Source of the DNA: Pseudothermotoga sp.
GTDB lineage: Bacteria; Thermotogota; Thermotogae; Thermotogales; DSM-5069
Length of the DNA: 64,000 nt
Strand: one strand, 5' to 3'
Assembly (NCBI GenBank): GCA_031962025.1
Contig: JAVRKW010000004.1
In this document: positions 17,929 through 28,362 of the stretch, piece after piece
Position numbering within the stretch: position 1 is the stretch's first letter
How the letters are laid out: every line of letters starts with the position of its first letter
The notes under the pieces: generated by a model
Database searches by the model: none
The model's input: the letters and a program-made list of their open reading frames with translations, nothing else
Told to the model about the DNA's origin: nothing
Program-made: the position numbers and the translations under genes

Positions 17929-18699
17929 TCATACTTTGTAAACCTGAACACCTTTCTCAAGAAGGAATGCTTCGAATTCTTTCGGTATGTTTTCATCTGT
18001 TATCACTCCATCTATGTCCTCTGGTAGAGCGAATGAAGCAAAAGCATTCCGGTTGAATTTTGTCGAGTCTGTCACGATGTACACTTTCGAAGCACTTCTT
18101 ATCATTGCCTTTTTTACGTCTGCTTCGACAACACTCGGCGTCATGAACCCTTTTTCAACTGAAAAACCTGTTGTACCAAGAAACGCTTTATCAACGCTGA
18201 TTTCTTCTAAAAACCTCAAAGCCCACGGTCCCACAAGAGACAGACTGTTTTCCCTGACAACACCACCGAGGACGAGCACTTCAATGCCAAGTTCTATGAG
18301 CTTGCTCGCTATGAACACGTTGTTGGTGACAACGGTTATCATCGACAGATCTGATTTTCTCAGTTCGAAGGTGACATAGTAATTGGTACTGCTGCTGTCG
18401 AGTATGACTGTATCACCATCTTCAATCAGAGAAACGATTTTCTTTGCTATTCTTTTCTTTTCATTTTCTCGCTGGTGTATTTTCTTGAGAAAATTCCATT
18501 CAGAGCGTGAGTGATCCGGCAAGATTGCTCCTCCATGGGTTCTGACTATCGAACCATTTGCCTCTAAAAAATCGAGATCTTTTCTTATTGTTACACTGCT
18601 CACTTTTAGTTGTTTGGTCAGTTCATTGACAGTTACTTTTCCTTTTTTTCGTAAAAGGTCGAGAATCACATTTCTTCTCTCTTCAGTGAACAAAATCAT
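17929..18699 (-). CDS. DeoR/GlpR-family transcriptional regulator
   Basis: VS.VTIRKDL..LE..G...RTHGGA HTH and DeoR C-terminal sensor domain. Confidence 0.95.
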   Translation of the reverse strand: MILFTEERRNVILDLLRKKGKVTVNELTKQLKVSSVTIRKDLDFLEANGSIVRTHGGAILPDHSRSEWNFLKKIHQRENEKKRIAKKIVSLIEDGDTVILDSSSTNYYVTFELRKSDLSMITVVTNNVFIASKLIELGIEVLVLGGVVRENSLSLVGPWALRFLEEISVDKAFLGTTGFSVEKGFMTPSVVEADVKKAMIRSASKVYIVTDSTKFNRNAFASFALPEDIDGVITDENIPKEFEAFLLEKGVQVYKV

Positions 18700-18711
18700 C
18701 CATCCATTTGA

Positions 18712-18874
18712 ATCCTATCAGCTTGAATTACGAAAGTCAAATTCGAAATTATACAAAACCACATGAAAGAATGAGAAAACACAAAAAAGAAAGAGCAAGA
18801 AAATGATAAAACATCATAAAACCTTTTGAACGCCGATTTTCAAATTTGTCAACTGTGTTAATTGTAGGTAGACT
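18712..18874. promoter_or_regulatory. Divergent sigma70-type promoters with phased A-rich repeats between them
   Basis: Minus: TTGACT(18740-18735)-N17-TAGGAT(18717-18712). Plus: TTGTCA(18846-18851)-N17-TAGACT(18869-18874). Confidence 0.65.
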
Positions 18875-18895
18875 TATGATGGAAAGGTGGGAGGG

Positions 18896-20089
18896 ATGAA
18901 AATGAAAGCCGTAAGATTGCATGCTAAGTGGGATCCAAGACCGGGGTTCAAGCTTGGTCCAAAAGATGTTGAGGGAAAGGTTTGCTGGCTTGGTAGTAAA
19001 GTCTGGCGTTATCCACAGGTTGTTGTCGAGGAAGTTTCAGAACCTGTGATCAAAAAGCCGACAGAAGTATTGATTCAGGTGAAAGCCTGTGGAATCTGTG
19101 GAAGTGATGTTCACATGGCACAGGCAGATCGGGATGGTTATATGCTCTATCCGGGTTTAACCGGATTTCCGGTGACACTTGGTCATGAATTTTCAGGAAT
19201 TGTTGTTGATGCAGGAAAGGAAGCTATAAACAGAAGAACGAACAAAAGATTCGAGCCCGGTGAGCCGGTAACTTCTGAAGAAATGTTCTGGTGCGGCCAC
19301 TGCAGGCCATGCGCTGATGGTTATCCAAACCACTGTGAAAACCTGCATGAAATTGGTTTTGACATCGATGGTGCTTTTGCAAGATATGTGATATCCGATG
19401 CAAAATATCTGTGGAGTTTGAGAGAACTTGAAAGCAATTACAGTGGCGACAAACTGTTTTTAGCAGGTAGCCTTGTTGAACCTACCTCTGTTGCTTACAA
19501 TGCCGTTATCGAAAGAGGAGGAGGAATAAGACCGGGGGACAACGTTGTTGTTCTTGGAGGAGGACCCATAGGGCTTGCAGCTGTTGCGGTACTAAAAAGA
19601 GCCGGTGGCGCCAAGGTAATACTTTCAGAACCATCGGAAACAAGAAGAAAACTCGCAAAAGAACTGGGAGCAGATGTAGTAATAGACCCAACCAAAGAAA
19701 ATTTCGTTGATGCTGTTCTTGACAGTACGAACGGCATGGGAGCGAAGATTTACTTGGAAGCCACGGGACTGCCTCAAATCGTCTGGAAAGATATCGAGGA
19801 AACCATCTGGAGGGCGAGGGGTGTGAATGCCACAGTTGTGATAGTAGCAAGGGCAGACGCGAAGATTCCCGTGACTGGTGAGATTTTCCAGGTAAGGCGC
19901 GCCCAGATAGTCGGTTCTCAAGGTCATTCTGGACACGGAAATTTCCCCAGGGTCATAAGTCTTATGGCGGCAGGAATGGATATGACCAAGATTATCTCCA
20001 AAACTGTGAAGCTTGAGGAGATACCTGATTACATAAAGAAATTGCAAACCGACAAAGAACTTGTCAAAGTAACGATGCTCAATCCTTGA
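18896..20089 (+). CDS. iolM: Scyllo-inosose 3-dehydrogenase (Zn-dependent MDR)
   Basis: CGICGSD, GHEFSG, C..C..C.......C Zn site, GGGPIG; N-terminus MKAVRLHAKWDPRP as in Thermotoga IolM; context. Confidence 0.88.
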   Translation: MKMKAVRLHAKWDPRPGFKLGPKDVEGKVCWLGSKVWRYPQVVVEEVSEPVIKKPTEVLIQVKACGICGSDVHMAQADRDGYMLYPGLTGFPVTLGHEFSGIVVDAGKEAINRRTNKRFEPGEPVTSEEMFWCGHCRPCADGYPNHCENLHEIGFDIDGAFARYVISDAKYLWSLRELESNYSGDKLFLAGSLVEPTSVAYNAVIERGGGIRPGDNVVVLGGGPIGLAAVAVLKRAGGAKVILSEPSETRRKLAKELGADVVIDPTKENFVDAVLDSTNGMGAKIYLEATGLPQIVWKDIEETIWRARGVNATVVIVARADAKIPVTGEIFQVRRAQIVGSQGHSGHGNFPRVISLMAAGMDMTKIISKTVKLEEIPDYIKKLQTDKELVKVTMLNP

Positions 20090-20098
20090 GGTGGTTTT

Positions 20099-21085
20099 AT
20101 GGAAAAGGTCAAAATCGGAGTGGTTGGAAGTGGTTTCATAGGACAGGTGCACCTTGAGATACTCTCGACATTCAAAGATGTTGAAATCACTGGAGTAATG
20201 GATGTTGATAAAAATAGAGCAAAGTCAGTTGCAGAGAGATTCAAAGCAAAGGTTTTTGAAAATTTGAAGCAGATGAAAGATGAGGGTGTGAATGCTGTAT
20301 ACATCACTTCGCCGAACAGGACACACTTTGAATACGCAATGAATGCACTGGAAATTGGTTTAAATGTGTTCTGTGAAAAGCCAATGACTATTTCCTTGAA
20401 CGATGCCTTGGCGCTGGAAAAAAAGGTGAAAGAAACAGGTGCGGTCTTTCAGGTTGGTCACAACAGGAGATTTGCACACGTGTACACTTTCATGAAAGAG
20501 AAGATAGAAAATGGGGTTGTAAAACCATATTCATTCCAGATAAAAATGAACAGAGGAGAACTGCTCAACCCGCCATGGACCTCAGACAGATCTTACACAG
20601 GGGGATTTCTCTTTGAAAGCACACTACATCTTTTCGATATGGCTCGCTGGCTCTTTGGAGATGTCGAGGAAATGTACGTTTTGGGTAAAAAGAGCGTTTA
20701 TCCAGATATCGATGACTGGTCAATAGCCATGAAGATGAAAAATGGAATCATTGGCACTTTCACATCCTGTGCCCATGCAAGCTGGATGATTCCGTTCGAA
20801 AGAGTAGAAGTGTACGGTGAACATGTAATGCTGACAAATGAAGAAATGGAAAGAGTGCATTTCTGCAAGGGTTTAGGGAAAGAAGTTGAGAGTCATGATT
20901 TTACCAAGGTGGATTTCAAAGAAAAATGGGGATACATAACCGAAAACAGACTTTTCATCGACTGCCTCAAAGAACACAAGATTCCACCTGTCAATGTGAG
21001 TGATGGGGTGAAAGTCATAAAGATCATTGATGCTTGCTACAGAGCTGTTGAGAGCGGTCAGGCACACGTGAGATTGGAGGGGTAG
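20099..21085 (+). CDS. iolG: Gfo/Idh/MocA oxidoreductase, likely myo-inositol 2-dehydrogenase
   Basis: G.G.IG, CEKP, GHNRRF, GGFLFESTLH..D; iol context. Confidence 0.78.
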   Translation: MEKVKIGVVGSGFIGQVHLEILSTFKDVEITGVMDVDKNRAKSVAERFKAKVFENLKQMKDEGVNAVYITSPNRTHFEYAMNALEIGLNVFCEKPMTISLNDALALEKKVKETGAVFQVGHNRRFAHVYTFMKEKIENGVVKPYSFQIKMNRGELLNPPWTSDRSYTGGFLFESTLHLFDMARWLFGDVEEMYVLGKKSVYPDIDDWSIAMKMKNGIIGTFTSCAHASWMIPFERVEVYGEHVMLTNEEMERVHFCKGLGKEVESHDFTKVDFKEKWGYITENRLFIDCLKEHKIPPVNVSDGVKVIKIIDACYRAVESGQAHVRLEG

Positions 21086-21087
21086 AA

Positions 21088-22056
21088 ATGTCAAAATGGC
21101 AGATACCACCAAAAGAAGGACACATGGAAAAACCATCTGGTGTTTATTATCAAACCATGACGATGAAAGAAATCGAGGAAAGGGTTAAAAAATGCGATTT
21201 GATAATCATTCCCGTTGGAAGTACTGAAAATCACGGTCCGAACGCACCAACCGGGGAAGATACATTTTTGATAACGAGGATGGCAGAACAGGTGGCTCTC
21301 AAAACAGGTTGTACTGTTGCAGAGCCAGTCTGGTACGGCTTTCATCCATACCACCACATAGGCATGCCAGGAACAGTTCCAGTAAAAGACGAGGCATTCA
21401 TAGATCTTCTTGTCAGTATTATCGCTGGTTTCTGGAACGCGGGATTCAGAAAACAGATTTTGTTGAATGGCCACGGTCAGGAATTTGTCATACCAGTCGC
21501 AATACACAAATTTGCAAAGATTTTCCAGGTCCCGGCGATGATTTTCAACGTGAACTGGTATCACGCCATTCAGGATAAGTTCAAACTCAAAAAAGACGGT
21601 GGACCGTACGAGACGAATTTCATCCACGCCGATGAAGTCGAGACATCTTGGAGTCTTGCTCTGTTTCCAGAGTTCTGCCACCAGGAATGGGCTGTTGACA
21701 CAACTCCTCGTGGTTATATGCCAGAGGGTCATATTGACAAGGCTGGTAATTTACTGCACAGGGCGATCGCGTGGTACGGACATGTCGGTGGAGGACCGAT
21801 CGAGGTCGCGGCATATCCAGAGGGGGTTGTGGGAAAGGCAACCAAAGCAAGTGCGGATAAAGCTAAAGAAGGAGTAGAAGCACTACTTGATTATCTGGAA
21901 AAGCTCGTCAACGATATCATGACCAATTATCCGGCAGGTAAACTCCCACCAGCCAATGAACTGTCTCAGAGACCCAAAGAGGAACTGGATGCCGTGTTGA
22001 AAAAACCTTTTGAACCAGGCTGGAGGAGTATATACAGTTTGGGGAATATGTGGTGA
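21088..22056 (+). CDS. iolN: 3-dehydro-scyllo-inosose hydrolase (creatininase family)
   Basis: PVGSTENHG...P.GED, NGHGQ, HADEVETS; next to iolM. Confidence 0.85.
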   Translation: MSKWQIPPKEGHMEKPSGVYYQTMTMKEIEERVKKCDLIIIPVGSTENHGPNAPTGEDTFLITRMAEQVALKTGCTVAEPVWYGFHPYHHIGMPGTVPVKDEAFIDLLVSIIAGFWNAGFRKQILLNGHGQEFVIPVAIHKFAKIFQVPAMIFNVNWYHAIQDKFKLKKDGGPYETNFIHADEVETSWSLALFPEFCHQEWAVDTTPRGYMPEGHIDKAGNLLHRAIAWYGHVGGGPIEVAAYPEGVVGKATKASADKAKEGVEALLDYLEKLVNDIMTNYPAGKLPPANELSQRPKEELDAVLKKPFEPGWRSIYSLGNMW

Positions 22057-22099
22057 TTATGAAGGCGCCGCGAGCGCCTTCATATTAGGGGGGATATAT

Positions 22100-23032
22100 G
22101 TGAGGAAACTGGCAACGCTTTTACTGGTTGTTATGGCATTTGTCGCTGCTTTTGGTTACACATTCTATGTCGTATCACATGGAGGTCCGGCTGATCCATT
22201 CTGGGGAGTTGTCATGAAAGGTGTCAAAGATGCGGCAGCCAAATTTGGGGTCGATGCTGTATATCTCGGTCCGGAGAAATTCTCTCTCAAAGAATTCATC
22301 GATCTTGTGAATTCTGCAATAGTCAAGAAACCGGATGGACTTGTTGTTACAATCACAAATCCAGTTGCTCTGGACGAGCCGCTCAGAAAAGCAATCCAAA
22401 TGGGTATACCTGTAGTTGCAATCAACGTTCCAGACGACAGACCTGCCGAAGAAAAGATCCCATATCTGTGCTATGTAGGTATGAATGAATACTTAGCCGG
22501 TGTTTACGCTGCAAGGAGAATGCTTCAGGAATTCACACCCAAACGGGCTGTCATAGCAATTCATGAACCAGGTCATGCTGGACTTGAAGCAAGGGCAAAA
22601 GGTATTACAGATGTACTGGCCGAAAAGAAGATACCTGTAGAAAAACTCGATATCACGACAGATCCAACAAAGGCTTTGACTTTGCTCAAAAGTTATCTGA
22701 CAAAATATCCAGATACGAATGCTATATTCACACTCGGACCTCTTGGTGCACATCCTGCGATACAGCTTGTTGAAGAAGAAAATCTCTCTGGCAAGGTCAA
22801 GATAGGTGCTATTGATCTAACAACGAAGATAACCGATGCCATCAAAAGAGGCGTTGTCGTCTTTACAATCGATCAGCAGCAGTATCTGCAGGGTTATCTG
22901 CCAATAGTTTTTCTGTACCTGTACAAAGAATTTGGTTTGATCCCGCACGAAGATATTCTCACCGGACCGTCGATTGTTGACAAGAGCAATGTAGACATCG
23001 TGGAAGAGACAGTACAGCTTGGTTATCGATGA
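22100..23032 (+). CDS. Sugar ABC transporter (CUT2) substrate-binding protein
   Basis: Signal peptide, DPFWGVV..G, IDQQQYLQGY. Confidence 0.92.
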   Translation: MRKLATLLLVVMAFVAAFGYTFYVVSHGGPADPFWGVVMKGVKDAAAKFGVDAVYLGPEKFSLKEFIDLVNSAIVKKPDGLVVTITNPVALDEPLRKAIQMGIPVVAINVPDDRPAEEKIPYLCYVGMNEYLAGVYAARRMLQEFTPKRAVIAIHEPGHAGLEARAKGITDVLAEKKIPVEKLDITTDPTKALTLLKSYLTKYPDTNAIFTLGPLGAHPAIQLVEEENLSGKVKIGAIDLTTKITDAIKRGVVVFTIDQQQYLQGYLPIVFLYLYKEFGLIPHEDILTGPSIVDKSNVDIVEETVQLGYR

Positions 23033-23078
23033 TAAAACAGAGGGGTGGATTCTCCACCCCTCTTGCCCCAAAGGGGGA

Positions 23079-24047
23079 ATGGTTTTGGATCAGAAAAGAG
23101 ATTTTCAGGCTTTTTTGAGAATAAAAGAATTTGGGGCTGTTGTGGGAATTGCGGTGTTTTTTGTTATTTTTTCTTTTCTTTCCAGCAGATTCGCCAGTGT
23201 CGACAATCTGTTGAACACCCTCACAATGGCTGCAGAGCTTGGCATCATAGCCGTCGGTGTATGCATGCTCATGATAAGCGGTGAGTTTGACTTGTCCGTT
23301 GGAGCAGTTTTTGCGGTTGTCCCGATGGTATTCGCGATAATGGTGAACCACAGAGTGAATGAATATCTCGCCCTGCTGACTGGGTTATCCATAGCGGCTG
23401 GTATTGGGTTGATAAATGGTTTTGTTACTTTAAGAACGGGTATACCTTCTTTTATAACTACTCTTGGCATGATGATGTTCTGGCGCGGAATATTGCTCGC
23501 AGTGACAGGAGGTTTTCCCATAATTTTAGCAAGACGCATAAGGATGCTGGATTATCTTGGTGGACGGGTGATTGGTGGTTTGAGATATTCGGCAATCTGG
23601 TTTGTATTTCTGACATTCATTTTCTGGTTTGTTCTTGAAAGAACGCGGTATGGTAACTGGACTTTTGCAACTGGTGGAAATCTTGGAGCCGCAAAAGCTC
23701 TTGGTGTACCCTCTGAAAGGGTTAAGATAACCAACTTCATGATAAGCAGTCTTTTAGCCGGCTTTGCCGGATTAACCACCTTTGCACGTTTTAAGATAGT
23801 AGATCCCACGCTTGGTCAGGAGCTGGAACTGGAAGCCATCGCATCGGCTGTTATGGGAGGAACTCTACTGACAGGAGGATATGGCAGTATCTTAGGTGCA
23901 CTGATTGGTGCAACGATGATAAGCATGGTTCGAAATGGGCTTGTACTTGCTGGAGCTCCCGCTTACTGGTACAGAGCTTTCATAGGAATCATCCTGATAG
24001 TTGCAGCAGTCATAAACGCAAAAATCCGAAAGAAGGTAGCAGGATGA
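23079..24047 (+). CDS. Sugar ABC transporter (RbsC-type) permease
   Basis: GEFDLSVG, IPSFITTLG, A.GGN..AA...G, ELEAIASAVMGG. Confidence 0.93.
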   Translation: MVLDQKRDFQAFLRIKEFGAVVGIAVFFVIFSFLSSRFASVDNLLNTLTMAAELGIIAVGVCMLMISGEFDLSVGAVFAVVPMVFAIMVNHRVNEYLALLTGLSIAAGIGLINGFVTLRTGIPSFITTLGMMMFWRGILLAVTGGFPIILARRIRMLDYLGGRVIGGLRYSAIWFVFLTFIFWFVLERTRYGNWTFATGGNLGAAKALGVPSERVKITNFMISSLLAGFAGLTTFARFKIVDPTLGQELELEAIASAVMGGTLLTGGYGSILGALIGATMISMVRNGLVLAGAPAYWYRAFIGIILIVAAVINAKIRKKVAG

Positions 24048-24793
24048 GAGATTTACTCGTACAGATGAAGGGCATAAAGAAATCCTTTGGCAAAGTGCAG
24101 GCTCTCAAAGGAGTGGACTTTTCTGTTTCAAAGAATGAAATAGTGGGACTTCTTGGTGACAACGGTGCTGGTAAATCCACTCTGATAAAGATCCTCGTTG
24201 GTTATTATCAGCCCGACGAGGGAGAGATTTACTTTGAAGGCAGTAGAGTCAATTTCAAATCACCGTGGCAGTCAAGGCATCTTGGTATAGAAACAGTTTA
24301 TCAGGATCTTGCACTTGTCAATCTCATGCCTTTGTGGAGAAATTTCTTTCTTGGCAGAGAAATGGTCAAAAAGATAGGCCCTTTTTCCTGGATTCAGCGA
24401 AAAAAGATGAGAAAAATAGCAATGGACGCTCTGAAAGATATAGGTATATCTGTGAGAAATCCAGATGAAACAGTGGCTTTCATGTCTGGTGGTGAAAGAC
24501 AGGCTGTTGCAATAGCGAGAGCCATACACTTTGGGGCAAAACTTCTGATACTGGATGAGCCAACAGCAGCGCTGTCTGTTGGTGAGACGAGAAAGGTTTT
24601 GGAGCACATACTCGAAGCCAAGAAAAGGGGCATATCTGTGATTTTTATAACTCACAATATCTACCATGTCTATGAGGTTGCCGACAGACTGGTTCTGCTT
24701 GAAAGAGGCGAGAAAATAGGAGACTATCTCAAAAAAGACGTGACCCCACAGTACATAATGGATGTCATTGCAGCGGCTGCGGGAGTCAGGTAG
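24044..24793 (+). CDS. Sugar ABC transporter ATP-binding protein
   Basis: GDNGAGKST, MSGGERQ, LILDEPT. Confidence 0.95.
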   Translation: MRDLLVQMKGIKKSFGKVQALKGVDFSVSKNEIVGLLGDNGAGKSTLIKILVGYYQPDEGEIYFEGSRVNFKSPWQSRHLGIETVYQDLALVNLMPLWRNFFLGREMVKKIGPFSWIQRKKMRKIAMDALKDIGISVRNPDETVAFMSGGERQAVAIARAIHFGAKLLILDEPTAALSVGETRKVLEHILEAKKRGISVIFITHNIYHVYEVADRLVLLERGEKIGDYLKKDVTPQYIMDVIAAAAGVR

Positions 24794-24803
24794 AAAGGTG
24801 ATG

Positions 24804-25631
24804 ATGATGAATATTCTATTCATCGGTCATGTCGCAAAAGACATAAACAAAACGCCAGATAAAACTGTCGTGGTACCAGGAGGTGGGGTGTTCTACGGAA
24901 GCATTGCGGCGCAGAGGGCTGGTGCTAATTGCAAAGTTATAACAAAATGCGCGTACAAGGATCGCCCCCTATATGATGAGATGGTAAAAGCAAAAGTTCA
25001 AGTCTTCTTTCTTGAGAGTGAGACCACAACGACTATTGAAAACTTCTATCCCACTGAAAATCCAGACGATAGAATCAGCCGAATTCTTTATTTAGCAAGA
25101 AGATTTGAAAAAGAAGATATCGAAGATTTATCATGTGAAAAGATCGTTTTGAGTGCTCTGTGGCATGGAGAGATCCCCGAAGAACTTATAACTGTGCTGA
25201 GAGATAAGACAGAGATGTTGATAGGTGATGCTCAGGGATTTCTCAGAAACGTTGCCGAAGATGGACAGTTGAGGTATCAGGACTGGTCTGAGAAGACCAG
25301 ATATCTCAAATTTTTCGACGTCTTAAAGGTAGACAGCAACGAAGCTTTCATACTCACGGGCGAAAGAGATCTCAAAAAGGCATGTGAGCAAATTCACAGA
25401 ATGGGTGTAAAGATAGTTCTTGCAACTTACAGAGAAGGTGTCTGTGCCTTTGACGGAGAAAAATTCTATCACGCGACATTTCTTCCATATAAGATTGAAG
25501 GAAGAACTGGAAGAGGAGATACCTGCCTTGCAGTTTTTGTAACAGCCTTAGAAGATCTGCATAAAGCCGTTACTTTAGCCGCAAAGATAACTTCAGAAAA
25601 AATGCAATATCCCGGTCCCTACAGGGGCTAA
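24804..25631 (+). CDS. PfkB/ribokinase-family kinase, likely PPi-dependent myo-inositol kinase (TM0415-like)
   Basis: PGGGVFY, DAQGF.R, LKVD..EA, GRTGRGDT anion-hole motif containing Arg residues. Confidence 0.8.
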   Translation: MMNILFIGHVAKDINKTPDKTVVVPGGGVFYGSIAAQRAGANCKVITKCAYKDRPLYDEMVKAKVQVFFLESETTTTIENFYPTENPDDRISRILYLARRFEKEDIEDLSCEKIVLSALWHGEIPEELITVLRDKTEMLIGDAQGFLRNVAEDGQLRYQDWSEKTRYLKFFDVLKVDSNEAFILTGERDLKKACEQIHRMGVKIVLATYREGVCAFDGEKFYHATFLPYKIEGRTGRGDTCLAVFVTALEDLHKAVTLAAKITSEKMQYPGPYRG

Positions 25632-25648
25632 TTGAGGAGGTGTTTGAA

Positions 25649-26641
25649 ATGAAAAAACTCTTTGTGCTGGTGGCTATTTTGATCGCTGCTGTGGTTATTT
25701 TTGCAAAAGATCAGGTTCTACACATCTACACGGCACTGGATGAGAACGAATGGCCAATTTATGTGAATGCGTTTGAAAAAGCGACTGGTATTAAAGTACA
25801 GGTCGTGAGGATGTCCTCAGGAGAGCTTTTAGCAAGAGTAGAAGCTGAATCAAAGAACCCACAGGCAAGTGTCTGGTTTGGTGGACCTGCACTGGACCAG
25901 ATTGCTGCAAAAAAGAAAGGGCTTCTGGCACCTTACAGATCCCAGGCGGTGGAAAATGTGCCGGCGGCTTTTAAAGATCCAGATGGTTACTGGGTGGGTC
26001 TGTATTTCGGAGCAATAGGTTTTGTTAGCAACACGGAACAGCTCAAACAACTTGGTGTTGAACCGCCTACTTCCTGGTATGATCTTCTCAAACCACAGTT
26101 CAAAGGAAGAATCTCTCTTGCCTATCCATACACTTCCGGCACAGCTTATACTGTGCTCGCTGCACTGGTTGCAATAATGGGAGAAGACAAAGCCTTTGAT
26201 TACTGGAAGCAACTGCACAAGCAGATTCATCACTACAATACCTCTGGATCCGCATGTGTTACCCAGGCGGGGTTGGGTGAAATAACAGTTGGAATAGCCT
26301 TCGCACACGACATCATCACCAAAGGTATAGCAAAAGGTTATCCGGTAGTTCTTACCTTCCCGAAAGAGCCAACCGGTTATGAAATCGGTGCAATGTCAAT
26401 GATAAAAGGTGCTCCCGAACCGGACCTTGCCGCAAAATTCATAGACTGGATGCTGTCTGTCGATGCTCAGAGTTTAATGGTTCAGTGGAACAGAATACCG
26501 ATCAACCCGCAAGCAAAAGTAGCTCCCGGTGCTGTGAAAATGGAAGATGTCAACGTCGTACCTATGGATTTTGAATACTTCGGTGAAAATAAAGACAGAC
26601 TCATCGAAAGGTGGAAAGAAGAAATCGAGTACGGTATGTAA
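25649..26641 (+). CDS. AfuA/Fe3+-type ABC substrate-binding protein (sugar-phosphate/anion class)
   Basis: Signal peptide, SSGE..ARVEAE..NPQA.VWFGG, P.TSGTAY. Confidence 0.85.
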   Translation: MKKLFVLVAILIAAVVIFAKDQVLHIYTALDENEWPIYVNAFEKATGIKVQVVRMSSGELLARVEAESKNPQASVWFGGPALDQIAAKKKGLLAPYRSQAVENVPAAFKDPDGYWVGLYFGAIGFVSNTEQLKQLGVEPPTSWYDLLKPQFKGRISLAYPYTSGTAYTVLAALVAIMGEDKAFDYWKQLHKQIHHYNTSGSACVTQAGLGEITVGIAFAHDIITKGIAKGYPVVLTFPKEPTGYEIGAMSMIKGAPEPDLAAKFIDWMLSVDAQSLMVQWNRIPINPQAKVAPGAVKMEDVNVVPMDFEYFGENKDRLIERWKEEIEYGM

Positions 26642-26685
26642 AAATTGGGCGTGGTACATAGCCACGCCCTTGTTGGGGGGGTTGA

Positions 26686-28362
26686 ATGAACTGGTTCAAA
26701 CAGATAAAAAGGCTTATAAATGAACCTGTTTTGTTTGCGCTGATCATTTTTGTCTGGGTGCTTTTGATTGTTTTTGTTGTCTATCCGATACTGATGGTTG
26801 GATTGAAGAGCTTTGAGATAAAAAGCGGAATGTATGGTTTTGATGTTTATAAAAATCTCTTCAGCAAAAGATACTTTGTAACACCTATAGTGAATACTCT
26901 GAAGCTTGGAGTAGTTGTCGCTTTTATAAGTGTTCTTGTAGGGTATATATTTGCTTATGCAATTGCGAAGGTGAATATACCGATCAAGGGGTTTTTCAGG
27001 ACCGTTGCCACCTTTCCAATAATATCACCGCCTTTTGTAATTGCACTTGCAGCAATCCTTTTGTTTGGAAGAAATGGGATCATCACGAAAAATTTCTTCA
27101 ATGGCACACCGCCATTTGAAATCTATGGTTTCTGGGGTCTTGTAATAGTTGAAACCCTTGCTTATTTTCCAACAGCGTTTATGACATTGGAAGCGATACT
27201 GATTTCAATAAGTTCAGATCTTGAAGAAGCGTCTTTAAGCCTTGGATCGGGTAAATGGCGTACCTTCTGGCGTGTCACTTTCCCATTATCAATGCCGGGT
27301 GTTTTATCCGCATGGTTGTTGGTTTTTTCCCAATCTATGGCAGATTTTGGGACTCCCCTGATTCTGGGTGGAAGGTATCACGTTCTGAGCGTATCTGCTT
27401 ATCTTGAGATAACGGGCTCTTACAGAATTTCATACGGGTCTGGGCTGGCGATTTTGTTACTGATACCAACATTGATAGCCTTTTTTGTTCAAAGGTACTG
27501 GCTTTCAAAAAAGTCATACGTTACTGTTACGGGCAAACCCTCTGTGGTCAAAGTGCTTGAACCGAATATATACGTGAAAATGATTTTTATGCTCATCTGT
27601 GCGGTTCTTGTGTCTGCGATCTTTTTGTTTTACGGCACAGTGCTATTTGGATCTTTCACAAAACTCTGGGGTGTTAATCACAAACTCACTCTGGATAATT
27701 ATAAATTCGCATTCACATACAATTGGAATTATATCAAAGATACTCTGATACTGGCGTGCATTGCGACACCTCTGTGTGGAATTCTCGGTATCATGATTTC
27801 TTATCTTGTTGCAAGAAAACAGTTCCCTGGCAGAAGGATTATGGAAGCTCTTTCTTTGCTGACTTTTGCGGTACCTGGTACGGTTGTTGGTATAGGTTAT
27901 CTGCTTGCGTTCAACCAAAGACCATTTGTTCTGACTGGAACTGCTTTGATTATCATACTGGTTTTTATCTTCAGGGAATTGCCCGTAGGTGTACAAAACG
28001 GTGTTGCGGCTCTCTATCAAATTGACCGTTCCATAGAAGAGGCTTCTATGGATCTTGGCAGCAGCAGTAACAGAACCTTCTGGAAGATCACCTTACCGCT
28101 TTTGATGCCAGCTTTCTTCAACGCTCTGTTCACAGCTTTTGTCAGGAGTATGACGGCAATCAGTGCTGTTATATTCGTTGTCTCTGGCAAATGGAATTTG
28201 ATAACCGTGAGAATACTTGGAGCGGTTGGCAACAGTGACCTTTCACAGGCTGCCGCACTCAGTTACGTTCTTATAGGTATTGTCGTATTAGCCATGTTCT
28301 TTTTGAGATTTGTGACTATCAACCTTTCTTATCAGACAAAGATCAGGAGGGCAATGTCATGA
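26686..28362 (+). CDS. AfuB-type double-domain ABC permease
   Basis: Two EEA/EAA loops, ADFG.P, VPGTVVGIGY. Confidence 0.9.
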   Translation: MNWFKQIKRLINEPVLFALIIFVWVLLIVFVVYPILMVGLKSFEIKSGMYGFDVYKNLFSKRYFVTPIVNTLKLGVVVAFISVLVGYIFAYAIAKVNIPIKGFFRTVATFPIISPPFVIALAAILLFGRNGIITKNFFNGTPPFEIYGFWGLVIVETLAYFPTAFMTLEAILISISSDLEEASLSLGSGKWRTFWRVTFPLSMPGVLSAWLLVFSQSMADFGTPLILGGRYHVLSVSAYLEITGSYRISYGSGLAILLLIPTLIAFFVQRYWLSKKSYVTVTGKPSVVKVLEPNIYVKMIFMLICAVLVSAIFLFYGTVLFGSFTKLWGVNHKLTLDNYKFAFTYNWNYIKDTLILACIATPLCGILGIMISYLVARKQFPGRRIMEALSLLTFAVPGTVVGIGYLLAFNQRPFVLTGTALIIILVFIFRELPVGVQNGVAALYQIDRSIEEASMDLGSSSNRTFWKITLPLLMPAFFNALFTAFVRSMTAISAVIFVVSGKWNLITVRILGAVGNSDLSQAAALSYVLIGIVVLAMFFLRFVTINLSYQTKIRRAMS

